Made by a program: the position numbers and the translations under genes. This document shows, piece by piece, positions 8,865 to 18,673 of a stretch of DNA of 64,000 nt. Below the pieces are notes generated by a model that was not told the DNA's origin, ran no database searches, and saw nothing but the letters and a program-made list of their open reading frames with translations. The DNA comes from an uncultured virus (IMG/VR IMGVR_UViG_3300025736_000017). Taxonomy: Duplodnaviria > Heunggongvirae > Uroviricota > Caudoviricetes. Location of the stretch: the IMG/VR virus record IMGVR_UViG_3300025736_000017, one strand, 5' to 3'. Numbering within the stretch: the first letter of the stretch is position 1; each line of letters begins with the position of its first letter.

Positions 8865-9155
8865 TTAATTTTTTTGATTTTTTTCGAATTCGTCAATAAC
8901 TGATGCCAACTCTTCTGTTGAGACTGTTCCATCATCGTCGTCTTCATCTAATTCGAGTATGTCTTTTATTTCGTTTTCTTTAAGTTCTTCACCGTTCAGT
9001 GTAAAGTCTGCTCTTACAAATACTTTGGGGATAAATCCAAAGATGGAGGTACAGAATTTACATTTCAACTTATAGTTGACAGGGAATCTATCATCCTTGT
9101 CTTTGAAGTGAATGTAGTTGTCACAAACGGGACATTTAAAATACATTGTTCCCAT
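8865..9155 (-). CDS. Zn-ribbon protein with acidic tail
   Basis: CPVC...CKFC. Confidence 0.65.
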   Translation of the reverse strand: MGTMYFKCPVCDNYIHFKDKDDRFPVNYKLKCKFCTSIFGFIPKVFVRADFTLNGEELKENEIKDILELDEDDDDGTVSTEELASVIDEFEKNQKN

Positions 9156-9220
9156 AGTTTTCCAATCTAATTGTTAGTGTTGTATCGAGGTTTGGAGGAT
9201 TATTCTAAAATAATCTATTG

Positions 9221-9637
9221 TTAACAGCTTTGCATGCCGGTAAATAGCTTTATTTCTGACTCAATTCCAAATTCTTGTTGTACTTCTTTTAGTCTTGTTT
9301 CCATTGTCTTTAGGTTTTTCGTAGAAAAACTAGTTTCTTTTAGATAAAAATCTTTGCTACTACTTGCTACCGCTATTTCTTTTCCGACTATAACACCTTC
9401 ATTAGAATCGTCGTTTATTATAACGAATTCAATATTATTGGGATGACGTGTCTCGGTATATATGAAATCCCACAGTTCATCATTATAGTAATCCGGATCA
9501 TCTTTATCGAGTTTGATATTTTCTGTTGATAATGATAGAAGTTTACATATCATCTCTGGATCACTCTTAACTTTGAAACCAAAGACTACGAAACTTGAGC
9601 TACTAGAATTACTTACGAATCCGTTTCTAATCTTCAT
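9221..9637 (-). CDS. MKIRNGFVSNSSSSSF-family protein
   Basis: Conserved N-terminal motif; start at 9637. Confidence 0.85.
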   Translation of the reverse strand: MKIRNGFVSNSSSSSFVVFGFKVKSDPEMICKLLSLSTENIKLDKDDPDYYNDELWDFIYTETRHPNNIEFVIINDDSNEGVIVGKEIAVASSSKDFYLKETSFSTKNLKTMETRLKEVQQEFGIESEIKLFTGMQSC

Positions 9638-9639
9638 GA

Positions 9640-10083
9640 TTAACCATCTCTCCACGCTTCTTCGTGCCAACCGAATCCTGTGATATCGTCTCCAAGCAAA
9701 GATTTGATAAGAGTTTCTACGCGAGTTTTAAATTCTTTACCTGTCTCATTGTCGCCAATATCGCTTGGATCTATACCAATATAAGTTCCAGAATATTCGG
9801 GTTGGTTGACTGAAAGATTTAATACTTCTCCTATTTCATATACCATTTCATAAAAGTCTTCACCGAAATTATCTATATATGTTTCAAAATTATCGAACTC
9901 ATGTTTATATGAGGACTTTGCTGCGGCTTCATTATTTTTAGCCAATATCATTTTCTGCATTTCTTCTGTGGTATTCTCTTTAAATTTGTTTATTATTTCG
10001 TCTTCAGCTATATCTAGACATATGCCATAAATATAAAAGGAACTGGTTGAACTGTTGCTTACGAATCCATTTCTAATCTTCAT
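9640..10083 (-). CDS. MKIRNGFVSNSSTSSF-family protein
   Basis: Conserved N-terminal motif, GGAG RBS. Confidence 0.85.
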   Translation of the reverse strand: MKIRNGFVSNSSTSSFYIYGICLDIAEDEIINKFKENTTEEMQKMILAKNNEAAAKSSYKHEFDNFETYIDNFGEDFYEMVYEIGEVLNLSVNQPEYSGTYIGIDPSDIGDNETGKEFKTRVETLIKSLLGDDITGFGWHEEAWRDG

Positions 10084-10093
10084 TTTATTCTCC

Positions 10094-10735
10094 TTAGTGG
10101 TGACTTATTCTTATATGAGGGATTTCATCGAATACGCCGCCATGTTCTAAAGTACATCCCAACGAAACCTCATTGTCGCTATATTCAAGAAGATAAATAT
10201 ACTTATCTTTATGTTCTTCCCAAAACGGATCTGCAACTTTTGCTGCTGCTGCTTCGTTTGTCATCTTTTCTTCTTCTACATATCTTTTTTTACAAGCTTT
10301 TTGAATTAACTCGCTCCATTTTGGATCTCGATATGGTTCCTCTACGCCTTGTTTTCTAGCTTCCTCTTCAAGTTTATGATCTTCAGTATTATAGTAGTAG
10401 TTATTACCGGAAAAATCAGGGTGACCATCGAAATATCCACAAGCTATGTTCTCGGCAAGATCTTCTTTTGACATTTTACCTTGAACACTTTTAACTCCAT
10501 AATAGTAATCGTTTTCTGCTCTTTTCCCTCTTTTATGTTCTAGTTGAAGATCTGCTAGTATTGTTTCTGCAAGTAGCGTAGTTGAATCCGTATAATCGTA
10601 TGTGTTTAGATTTGTTGCGTCTCCAAAAAGAAGTTTACGCAACTCGACTGCATCTATTTCCATAGGATTTTTATCTAGAACGACTATAAAAGAGCTACTT
10701 GAGCTATTACTTACGAATCCATTTCTAATTTTCAT
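10094..10735 (-). CDS. MKIRNGFVSNSSSSSF-family protein
   Basis: Conserved N-terminal motif; ends IRISHH. Confidence 0.85.
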   Translation of the reverse strand: MKIRNGFVSNSSSSSFIVVLDKNPMEIDAVELRKLLFGDATNLNTYDYTDSTTLLAETILADLQLEHKRGKRAENDYYYGVKSVQGKMSKEDLAENIACGYFDGHPDFSGNNYYYNTEDHKLEEEARKQGVEEPYRDPKWSELIQKACKKRYVEEEKMTNEAAAAKVADPFWEEHKDKYIYLLEYSDNEVSLGCTLEHGGVFDEIPHIRISHH

Positions 10736-10737
10736 AA

Positions 10738-11115
10738 TTAACCTTTATATATTACTTCAATTGTTCCTGCTGATATCGATTCTTCGATCATTTGGTTTAA
10801 AGTTTCGTTGTGATAAGATATGGAGAAAACAGCTAATTCCCATTCGTTTTCATATTTTGCAGCTTTTTCTTTTATTTCGTTTGCTGTTTTTTTATGATAG
10901 TCATCATATTTACATAAACCGTCAGCGAATTCTAAAACTACATCGATGCCTATTCCTTCCATCTCTGTCTCGCAAGAGCTATGATCTTGTTCAATCATTC
11001 CCAATATGTTTGGATCGCCTCTTCCGCAATGAGGACATACGTTATCGCTTTTTTTGATTGCTACGACAAAAGAGCTACTTGAGCTATTACTGACAAATCC
11101 GTTTCTAATTTTCAT
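10738..11115 (-). CDS. MKIRNGFVSNSSSSSF-family protein with CPHC
   Basis: Conserved N-terminal motif. Confidence 0.85.
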   Translation of the reverse strand: MKIRNGFVSNSSSSSFVVAIKKSDNVCPHCGRGDPNILGMIEQDHSSCETEMEGIGIDVVLEFADGLCKYDDYHKKTANEIKEKAAKYENEWELAVFSISYHNETLNQMIEESISAGTIEVIYKG

Positions 11116-11398
11116 ATTCTTCTCCTGTAATATTTTCTTTTGGTACGCCTATTTTGTTAAGGAAAAATTCCATATCGAAATTATCCATCCAAGTAGACAA
11201 TTCGATAATAAGAGATTTTTCTGTTACGCTCCATGCCTCATCTGTATGCTCTTCACCTGTCCACTCAGGGAAAATCCCTTCATTGACTATTTTTATGTGA
11301 TTATGAATCGCATAAATTTGCAATTCGTTAAGTCCTTTTTTTTTAACGATAAAAGAACTGCTTGAACTATTACTAACAAATCCGTTTCTAATTTTCAT
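11105..11398 (-). CDS. MKIRNGFVSNSSSSSF-family protein
   Basis: Conserved N-terminal motif. Confidence 0.85.
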   Translation of the reverse strand: MKIRNGFVSNSSSSSFIVKKKGLNELQIYAIHNHIKIVNEGIFPEWTGEEHTDEAWSVTEKSLIIELSTWMDNFDMEFFLNKIGVPKENITGEEYEN

Positions 11399-11407
11399 GC
11401 TAATTTC

Positions 11408-11755
11408 CTATCTATAATATTGATCAAATTTCCAAGTGAAGCTTTTAGAGGTTCCACCATCACGAAGAATATAATCAAATATTGTACCTAAAACTGTTCC
11501 TTCTTCGTCTCCAAAGGCAATGTTTTTCTTTTCTTTTCCGGAAAAAGAATAATTATCATCGCAATAATGATCTTCAGCACTTTTTATTACTTGTTCTCGC
11601 GTATATTCGTGCCAAGCATAACATTCATTAAATTCATCTACAAGGTGTAGGTTTTCTTTAATGAAGTCTACAATTGTTTTATCATCATCTGATGTATTCG
11701 TTATCGTAAATGATGTACTTGAACTATTGCTTACAAATCCATTTCTAGTTTTCAT
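11408..11755 (-). CDS. MKTRNGFVSNSSSTSF-family protein
   Basis: Conserved N-terminal motif; ATGA overlap. Confidence 0.85.
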   Translation of the reverse strand: MKTRNGFVSNSSSTSFTITNTSDDDKTIVDFIKENLHLVDEFNECYAWHEYTREQVIKSAEDHYCDDNYSFSGKEKKNIAFGDEEGTVLGTIFDYILRDGGTSKSFTWKFDQYYR

Positions 11756-12108
11756 TCTAATTCCTTTGCTGCTTTTTGAATCAATTCTTTATTCTTTTCG
11801 GTCAATGCGTTTGAAAGGAGCCCTCGATCTGATCCGACATCTAATCGGTCCAAAATAATATCTGCTCTATCGCATAGCTCTGCTATAACACGGATCGCTA
11901 GATAATTGTCGTAGTCTTGAAGGTGGCTACCTTTTTTAACTAATTCGATACGATCTTTTATATATCGGACAGTAACTTTGTCATAGTCATAACCTGAATC
12001 CAATATAGCTTCTTGTATTTCTTCGTCTGTAGGATTAAAACTTTTACCCATAAGAACGATAAATGAGCTACTTGAACTATTACTAACAAATCCATTTCTA
12101 GTTTTCAT
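11752..12108 (-). CDS. MKTRNGFVSNSSSSSF-family protein
   Basis: Conserved N-terminal motif; 8 nt behind radical SAM gene. Confidence 0.85.
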   Translation of the reverse strand: MKTRNGFVSNSSSSSFIVLMGKSFNPTDEEIQEAILDSGYDYDKVTVRYIKDRIELVKKGSHLQDYDNYLAIRVIAELCDRADIILDRLDVGSDRGLLSNALTEKNKELIQKAAKELE

Positions 12109-12116
12109 TTTTTCTC

Positions 12117-13178
12117 CTAAACTTTAAACAAAAAACAATTTCTACAGTTAGACAATAGTTTATTTCTAAAGTCTACAGTTCTCGGATGGTTCCATATATC
12201 TTTTACGAAATTATTACAACTAACGACATCTAAACCATTTTCCCATCCTTTAGCTCCTTCTGCAAAAGAGCAGGGGAAAAATTCAGCATCTACAGAAACA
12301 TAAGTACTGAAGCAAGAGCTTTCGCACGGTTCTGCATTCATCTTAAATTGATCATATTTTTCATGATCTTTGACTGACGCCAAAAACCTGTGGCACGAAC
12401 AGCTATCAAATCCTAAAGATATGTTTTCGTCTAATGCGGTATTAACTAGATTTTTAAATTTCTCTTCAGAAAGAGTTGTAAAATTCTCTCCTCCACCTTT
12501 TTGTTTCAGTGATAGCAAAACAAAAGCGTTTAATTTAGCTAGTCTTTCATCGTTCTTTATATCTTTAAGAACTTCTAAGGCTCTATCATAAGACTCGTCA
12601 CAAATCATATAATGTATATTTATTTGATCCATTCCTCTGTCTGTTAATTTTTTTACAGAATCATAGCAAATATCTTTATTTTCATAACAGGATACTGCTA
12701 CTGCTCCACAATATTTCTTTAATTTATCTGCTGTATCATCTGTTATATTTGCTACAGTGATATTAGGTATGATACCGATGTTACGAAGATGTTCCATCAT
12801 ACGCCATAAATCGGGATTTTGAGTAGCTTCGCTATCGGCTCCGAACGCCACTTGTGTGACCGTCTCAGGGAGCTTCTCCATAACCTTAACAAAGGTTTCT
12901 AAGGACATATTTTTGCCGTTTGGAGTATTTGACTTATAACAAAACTGGCACGGTGACTTTTTCCCAGATACACCAGGTACACCTTTACATGATGTAGTAA
13001 TCTCAATATCAGCTATCTCGGGTCCGAAGGGAGAGAAATCTGGATCATCTTCTTTGGTTTTTCCCCATCTGGCGAAAAATCCTGTTTTTTTATCAAAGTA
13101 GAAATTGTAGTGTTTTGATGCTACAGCTTTCGCGTTTGGTCCATCAACTATCGCCATTTTTGTTTCGTCGTTAGACAT
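12117..13178 (-). CDS. Radical SAM protein with SPASM/twitch-like C-terminus
   Basis: DIEITTSC-x12-CQFCY (extended CxxxCxxC); C-terminal PCES...FFPCSF...DIWN...CRNC. Confidence 0.85.
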   Translation of the reverse strand: MSNDETKMAIVDGPNAKAVASKHYNFYFDKKTGFFARWGKTKEDDPDFSPFGPEIADIEITTSCKGVPGVSGKKSPCQFCYKSNTPNGKNMSLETFVKVMEKLPETVTQVAFGADSEATQNPDLWRMMEHLRNIGIIPNITVANITDDTADKLKKYCGAVAVSCYENKDICYDSVKKLTDRGMDQINIHYMICDESYDRALEVLKDIKNDERLAKLNAFVLLSLKQKGGGENFTTLSEEKFKNLVNTALDENISLGFDSCSCHRFLASVKDHEKYDQFKMNAEPCESSCFSTYVSVDAEFFPCSFAEGAKGWENGLDVVSCNNFVKDIWNHPRTVDFRNKLLSNCRNCFLFKV

Positions 13179-13231
13179 TCGTAGTCTCCAAGTTAGTACA
13201 TCTAAAAAATACGACTTCCAATATCTGTTTA

Positions 13232-13254
13232 ATTATACATCAAAACATGTCACA
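13232..13254 (-). promoter_or_regulatory. Class A promoter TGTGA-N12-TATAAT driving the radical SAM/SNSS operon
   Basis: Motif recurs upstream of about 10 minus-strand transcription units. Confidence 0.7.
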
Positions 13255-13259
13255 AATAA

Positions 13260-13284
13260 AGGATTTTATTTGTTTTTTTTGAAA
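13260..13284 (+). promoter_or_regulatory. Class B promoter AGGA-N17-GAAA
   Basis: Recurrent motif; ATG 8 nt downstream. Confidence 0.6.
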
Positions 13285-13292
13285 AATATCAT

Positions 13293-13952
13293 ATGAGGAT
13301 AAGGTATAAGGTAAAAAAAGAAAAAAAGAAAAAGTATTTATCTCCAAAGATCTTTGGTTTTTTTCATATAGCGACAATACTTACTCATAAAAATCGATGG
13401 GAATCAATCGTTAGTGAGTTAATGGAATACTTGAAGGCTGGAGGTCTTCTCAAAAATACAGAGTTATTCACTAAAGTTTATCTAGGTCCAAAAGCTTACG
13501 AATATAAAAATAGAATTAATGACAATATTAAAACAATGTATGCTGGGACTGATTTAAGTTTATATGAAGGACCGACTCTCAGAGAATTGTGGAGAGTATG
13601 CAACGAAACTGATGAAGAATTTTATGTTTATTATCTACATACAAAGGGAGTATCTTATCCGCCCAATACTAAATCGGAACCATGGAGACAGCATATGTCC
13701 GATGCTATTCTCTTGAACTGGGAAAAATGTGTTAAAGTCTTAGATTCAGGAGAAGATACATGTGGTATCATGTGGAGATGTGACCATTATTCTGGTAATT
13801 TTTGGTGGGCTAAAGCTTCTTATATCAGAACGTTAAAGAAACCCCAAGAAACAAGTAATCGAATGTATTTCGAAAAATGGATAAATCCACCTGTACCTAT
13901 TATACTTAAGGGGTATCCATTAAGACCAATAGGAAGAGGAAGAGCATTATAA
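13293..13952 (+). CDS. Putative glycosyltransferase-like protein
   Basis: YYLHTKGVS and HYSGNFWWA motifs; convergent on the glycan cluster. Confidence 0.5.
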   Translation: MRIRYKVKKEKKKKYLSPKIFGFFHIATILTHKNRWESIVSELMEYLKAGGLLKNTELFTKVYLGPKAYEYKNRINDNIKTMYAGTDLSLYEGPTLRELWRVCNETDEEFYVYYLHTKGVSYPPNTKSEPWRQHMSDAILLNWEKCVKVLDSGEDTCGIMWRCDHYSGNFWWAKASYIRTLKKPQETSNRMYFEKWINPPVPIILKGYPLRPIGRGRAL

Positions 13953-14627
13953 AGTGGTTTTTTTTCTCAAGATATAGTGACCATAACCTTTAGACTTTCT
14001 TGATTTATAATAAAGCACGTTATGCGTTGATTCAAACTGTTTTGTCCATTCATAATATTCATTGTACGTTAGTAAATTATCATTTTTTTCAGAATTCCAT
14101 CCATTCAATGACTGAAAATGAATTGACATACAAAAATGATTGCAATTTTTTACTACATTATATATATTATCTGTAAGTAAGAATTTCTCACCACCTTCTA
14201 CATTCATTTTGATCAAATAATTACTATTATCAATATCTATTCCTATATCTTTAACCATATCTGATAATTTTTTAGTTTTAGTCTTAGTTTTACCTGATTT
14301 TTCAGTAAAGAAATTTTCAGTATGATCTTTTTGCTCGGACAAATAAAGATCACTACCATCTCCTAGAGCGAGTTGAAAACATTCTATATTATTAAAGCCA
14401 TTTGCATTTTTAACTAAATATCCATATGTTTCTTTGCATGGTTCATATGCGAATATACGAGCTTCAGGATATAACACAGTAGTTAATAATGAAAAAACTC
14501 CTAAATTCGCTCCTATGTCTATTATGTAATCAAAAGAATCGATTGGATAACCTCTTACTTTAAAAATGTCATCTGCTATAATTTGTTTAATTGGTGTAAA
14601 CCCTTGATTTTTATTGTTAGTAATCAT
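13947..14627 (-). CDS. FkbM-family methyltransferase
   Basis: IIDIGANLG, AYEP, IKMNVEGGE. Confidence 0.85.
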   Translation of the reverse strand: MITNNKNQGFTPIKQIIADDIFKVRGYPIDSFDYIIDIGANLGVFSLLTTVLYPEARIFAYEPCKETYGYLVKNANGFNNIECFQLALGDGSDLYLSEQKDHTENFFTEKSGKTKTKTKKLSDMVKDIGIDIDNSNYLIKMNVEGGEKFLLTDNIYNVVKNCNHFCMSIHFQSLNGWNSEKNDNLLTYNEYYEWTKQFESTHNVLYYKSRKSKGYGHYILRKKTTL

Positions 14628-17176
14628 TTTTTAATCCTATAATGCGTTTTATCGACTAAATCTACAGCAATTATCTTGTAATCTCTTTGTTTTAATAATT
14701 CTGTGTTTTCGAGTTCGTGTAATTTGCTTATTTTCGCTTGGTACCTGTTATCAATAACTAATGCTGGTGGATTCTCATAGCAATATCTATTTAAGTGACT
14801 CTCATCGTGCCATACCGCAATAATATCATTTTTCAAATCTTCATCTATGTTATCAGACAATTTCTTAGACATTGATATAAACTTGTTTGTTTTCGCTCCA
14901 AAGAAAGCTCCTGAATAATATTCTAAATAGTTTGGATCTATTATAGCAGCAGTCGATTTTTTATCAGTTTCAACTGGAATCTTTTTTCTTCTTTTATATC
15001 TTTTAGATGACCAATGCTTAACAACTGTAAAATCAGAAAGAATCTCTCTACTAACATCAGCTACGATTTTAGAATCAGCATCGATATAAAACATATAATC
15101 ATTATCTTTATAAATATCTTTTGATTCGTAGAAAGAACGGAATCTATAGAGCGTAGGATACGGCCACGGTAATTGTTCTTGATGTATATGTTCTACATTG
15201 TCTGGTGGGATGCCGTCTGTGAATAGATAAATATTTAATATATCTTCGGGAAAAAAGTGAGTATGTAATGAATTTATCAGATCAAAACGAGGATCTTGTA
15301 TCATGTCTAAATAAAGTCCTGTCGCTATTACTATCACTCCTATTTTTAGTTTTTTCTTTGATTCTTTTTCTATCTTTTTTATAATATTAGTAGTTGAATA
15401 TCCACTGTTATTTTTTATAAGTTTTATTTTACCGCCATTGTCTTCAACAATTTGTTTTTCTATTATTTCGTCTATAGAATAATTAGAATCTTTGCAATGA
15501 ATATCTGTCTTTAAATGACCAAGCATTTTACAAGGCGTAGATTCTTTAAAAACACATACATGATCTATTAAATCTATATGAGACATAATAGAAATACGGC
15601 TATTTTCATCTATAATCGGTCTATTCTCTCCTTTGATAGATATAATAGATTTATCATCATTTAACCCTACGACAAGTACATCTCCAAACGATTTACATTC
15701 TTCTAAAAAACTAATATGTCCATGATGTAGTATATCGAAACATCCATTTGTTGAAACTATTTTCTTGCCAATAGATCTATAATAATTGCCTAATGGCTCT
15801 ATCTCATCAAAACTTATAACTTTCGAATCTATATTTGGACAATATACATACCAATCTTCTTCCGTAGTAGAGTTGACTTTTTTGTAACCGTTAGAAAAAA
15901 GTAGCTCAAATATTTTATTTTTCTTTTCTATATTTCGTTCACCAAGTTGAGCGTTGTGTTCAATAGTCATAGTTAAAAATTTATATTCATCAAATGGAAA
16001 TTTTTCTAATATATCGAATTCTGCTCCCTCTACATCGATACTTAAATATTCTATGATTTTTGGACATCTATGTTTTTTTAATAGATTTAATAAAGTGATA
16101 GAATCTTTTTCTATAATAGGATGTCCATTTTTTGCTTTTTCTATAATTACATCATCAGAAAAATCATCTAATATACCAGAAACCTGTCTTGATCTTCCTC
16201 TTTGAACGAATTTTACTTTTCCGTTTGTGCCAGATATACATAGATTTTCACGAATACAAGATCTATGTTCTTCTAACGTCTGGAAGCTATATGTATGAGG
16301 TTCTACGCATACTCCTTGCCATCCAAAATCTTTTTCTAAGACATATGCATTACTATCATCGATTCCATTGTGTGCTCCTATCTCAACAAAGAAACCATTT
16401 CTTTTATTTTTTAAAACAGATAATACCCATTTATCTTGACCTTGTTTTGCTCTGAAATTCTTTTTGTCAGGTTTAACTATTTTGGTCTCGCCTAAATGTG
16501 AATCAATTAAAGATTCGTTGAGATAGGTATATCCGTTAGAACTATTCGGTTGACAGTTATCCGCTTCATGAAAAACCTCTAGAACTCTAGGATGTTTCAT
16601 GGCTTCAGCTAAAGCAAAACCTAAAGATTGATTACCTATATAGAGTTTGCTCCCTTTTATAATCTGAGCGAATTCTAAAGCATCTTTACACCAATATCTC
16701 TCGACATTTAGTCCATACTCTTTAGCGAGAATATTATAGTCTTTTTCATCACCAACAAAAAGAACTCTATTTTCATATTTTTTAAGTATAGACCAATCAA
16801 TTTCTTTTTTGTCGTGATATCTTCTGGTTCTACAAATAACAATGTCTGCCTTATGATTTGGTTCTATTGCTGATAACCATGATTGAGATAGATCATACTC
16901 TTTGTCAAACGGGTCTAAGTGACATCTGCACAGATGTTTGTGCTTCCAGTCTTCTTTCCTATAGACACTAAGATTTGCATCTATTTTAATTTCTTTATTA
17001 TATGGAGCTACCTGATTAAGATATGGTTGCAGTTTTAAGAGAGATGATAAGACTTCAAACTGTTTGTTTTTTTCGCAATAAAAGTTTCCTCCTCCAAAAG
17101 CTATAACTGTTGGAAGCGAATAAATTATATCTCCCATAGCTCCGTTGTGCAAGAAATTCATTTCTATCTTAGCCAT
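14624..17176 (-). CDS. Four-domain fusion: GT9-like + FkbM methyltransferase + HldE/RfaE-type nucleotidyltransferase + GT6
   Basis: GAMGDII..LP; FVEIGAHNG/SIDVEGAE; TNGCFDILHHGH..VVGLNDD; IATGLY..YIDAD..WHDESHLNRY. Confidence 0.85.
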   Translation of the reverse strand: MAKIEMNFLHNGAMGDIIYSLPTVIAFGGGNFYCEKNKQFEVLSSLLKLQPYLNQVAPYNKEIKIDANLSVYRKEDWKHKHLCRCHLDPFDKEYDLSQSWLSAIEPNHKADIVICRTRRYHDKKEIDWSILKKYENRVLFVGDEKDYNILAKEYGLNVERYWCKDALEFAQIIKGSKLYIGNQSLGFALAEAMKHPRVLEVFHEADNCQPNSSNGYTYLNESLIDSHLGETKIVKPDKKNFRAKQGQDKWVLSVLKNKRNGFFVEIGAHNGIDDSNAYVLEKDFGWQGVCVEPHTYSFQTLEEHRSCIRENLCISGTNGKVKFVQRGRSRQVSGILDDFSDDVIIEKAKNGHPIIEKDSITLLNLLKKHRCPKIIEYLSIDVEGAEFDILEKFPFDEYKFLTMTIEHNAQLGERNIEKKNKIFELLFSNGYKKVNSTTEEDWYVYCPNIDSKVISFDEIEPLGNYYRSIGKKIVSTNGCFDILHHGHISFLEECKSFGDVLVVGLNDDKSIISIKGENRPIIDENSRISIMSHIDLIDHVCVFKESTPCKMLGHLKTDIHCKDSNYSIDEIIEKQIVEDNGGKIKLIKNNSGYSTTNIIKKIEKESKKKLKIGVIVIATGLYLDMIQDPRFDLINSLHTHFFPEDILNIYLFTDGIPPDNVEHIHQEQLPWPYPTLYRFRSFYESKDIYKDNDYMFYIDADSKIVADVSREILSDFTVVKHWSSKRYKRRKKIPVETDKKSTAAIIDPNYLEYYSGAFFGAKTNKFISMSKKLSDNIDEDLKNDIIAVWHDESHLNRYCYENPPALVIDNRYQAKISKLHELENTELLKQRDYKIIAVDLVDKTHYRIKK

Positions 17177-17979
17177 TATATATATATCTCAGTATTAAAG
17201 TTTCTAACTAATTTTGCTTTTCCCCAAGGGCGATTAACATTAACTTTCCATTCTTTGTTTTTAATTTTTGCAAAAGTTATTTCTTTGTTTTTATTTTCTG
17301 TTTTCTTCCAATTCTTATCTCGCATATTTGTAACTACCTCTTTTCTAGGAGTTTTTATTCTATCATAATATTTTCCTCCCCACCACATCATTTTAAAATC
17401 ACTCCCCATAGCTCTATAGACAAGACTGTGGTCGTCAAACCCATATCCAACTAAATCTTCGTCATATCCTCCAAGAGACAAAAACTCATTTTTATAAAAA
17501 CCGATTCTACCATGCATCCCTCTTTTCCCTTTACAAAAAACAGCTTTTTGGGGGCAAACTTCTGCCATACTATTTAACATATCGGCAAAATCTTTGTTTA
17601 CAAAATTATCAGCATCTACATTGTTTACTATGTTTCCCAAAGCCAATCTAAAAGCAACATTTCTTGAATGCCCCATTTCAAAATATTCAGGTTCTTGTGT
17701 ACGGTAGTAAACGAGTCTACCAGTTTCAATGTGATCCATCATGTCGCTTTTTATCCACTGTTCTAGACCATCTGTACTATTGTAATCTAAAATAACAAAT
17801 TCTAGGTTGGGGTAATATTTATTATCTTCTATATTTTTGGGTAGTGTTTCTTTTAAATCGTGTAATCTATCCATGCACGTAGTACATAATGAAATTTTTC
17901 TATATTTAGAAGATAGCTTAGGCAAAGGTTCATCCTTTGGACTCCAAAATCTCCAATTATAATCATCCCAAACGGCCAT
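17176..17979 (-). CDS. GT-A fold glycosyltransferase (GT2/GT7-like)
   Basis: ILDYNSTDG, VDAD, LGGYDEDLVGYGFDD. Confidence 0.8.
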   Translation of the reverse strand: MAVWDDYNWRFWSPKDEPLPKLSSKYRKISLCTTCMDRLHDLKETLPKNIEDNKYYPNLEFVILDYNSTDGLEQWIKSDMMDHIETGRLVYYRTQEPEYFEMGHSRNVAFRLALGNIVNNVDADNFVNKDFADMLNSMAEVCPQKAVFCKGKRGMHGRIGFYKNEFLSLGGYDEDLVGYGFDDHSLVYRAMGSDFKMMWWGGKYYDRIKTPRKEVVTNMRDKNWKKTENKNKEITFAKIKNKEWKVNVNRPWGKAKLVRNFNTEIYI

Positions 17980-18001
17980 TTTTATACCTTTCTATGCATA
18001 T

Positions 18002-18673
18002 CTATGCATATCTAGATAAGACATAAACACCTATGCCACTTTTTTTTCTAGAGTGATGATATGTTATTTTATGCGTATGTGAAAAAGTTTGAGTCCAATT
18101 ATGGTATTCCATATAAGAAGGAAATTCATCAAACTGTTTATGTCTAGGATTTGGAAAGTGAATTTCCATGCAAAAATGTTTGCATTTTTCTATAATATCT
18201 TTATAACCATTTAACAAGAATCTTTCTCCACCTTCACAATCAGATTTAATAATATAATTTTTATCTGTTTTAAGGTCATATTTTTTAAATATATCTTTTA
18301 GAGAAATACTTTTCACCATAAATGATTCATCGCTTCTTGGCTCGTCTTCGAATGTGTATTGCCCACAACTTCCATTTCCATTCCCATTATTTCTAAAATA
18401 TAAATTTTGACCGTTCCCACAGGCAACATTCTCGCAATCGATATATAGACCTTTAAGATTTTCTATTAAATGTGCATAGTTGTTTTTTTCTGGCTCTATA
18501 GCTATTATGTGTGCGTTTGGAAACATAATTCTAGAATATAATGAAAATACACCTATATTAGCTCCTATGTCAATCACAAAATCTATATCATTTCTTTTGA
18601 GATCTCTCGTCATATAGGTATCTTTGTCTACTACCTCTTTAAAAAGATTACGAAAATCTTTTGATGGTTTCAT
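18002..18673 (-). CDS. FkbM-family methyltransferase
   Basis: VIDIGANIG, IEPE, KSDCEGGE; paralog of 13947..14627. Confidence 0.85.
   Translation of the reverse strand: MKPSKDFRNLFKEVVDKDTYMTRDLKRNDIDFVIDIGANIGVFSLYSRIMFPNAHIIAIEPEKNNYAHLIENLKGLYIDCENVACGNGQNLYFRNNGNGNGSCGQYTFEDEPRSDESFMVKSISLKDIFKKYDLKTDKNYIIKSDCEGGERFLLNGYKDIIEKCKHFCMEIHFPNPRHKQFDEFPSYMEYHNWTQTFSHTHKITYHHSRKKSGIGVYVLSRYA

Noticed and set aside
9221..12108. Repeated tag DNA as a CRISPR array or DGR repeats
   Set aside because: Repeats are in-frame gene starts with synonymous variation, separated by whole genes; no cas or reverse transcriptase in the window
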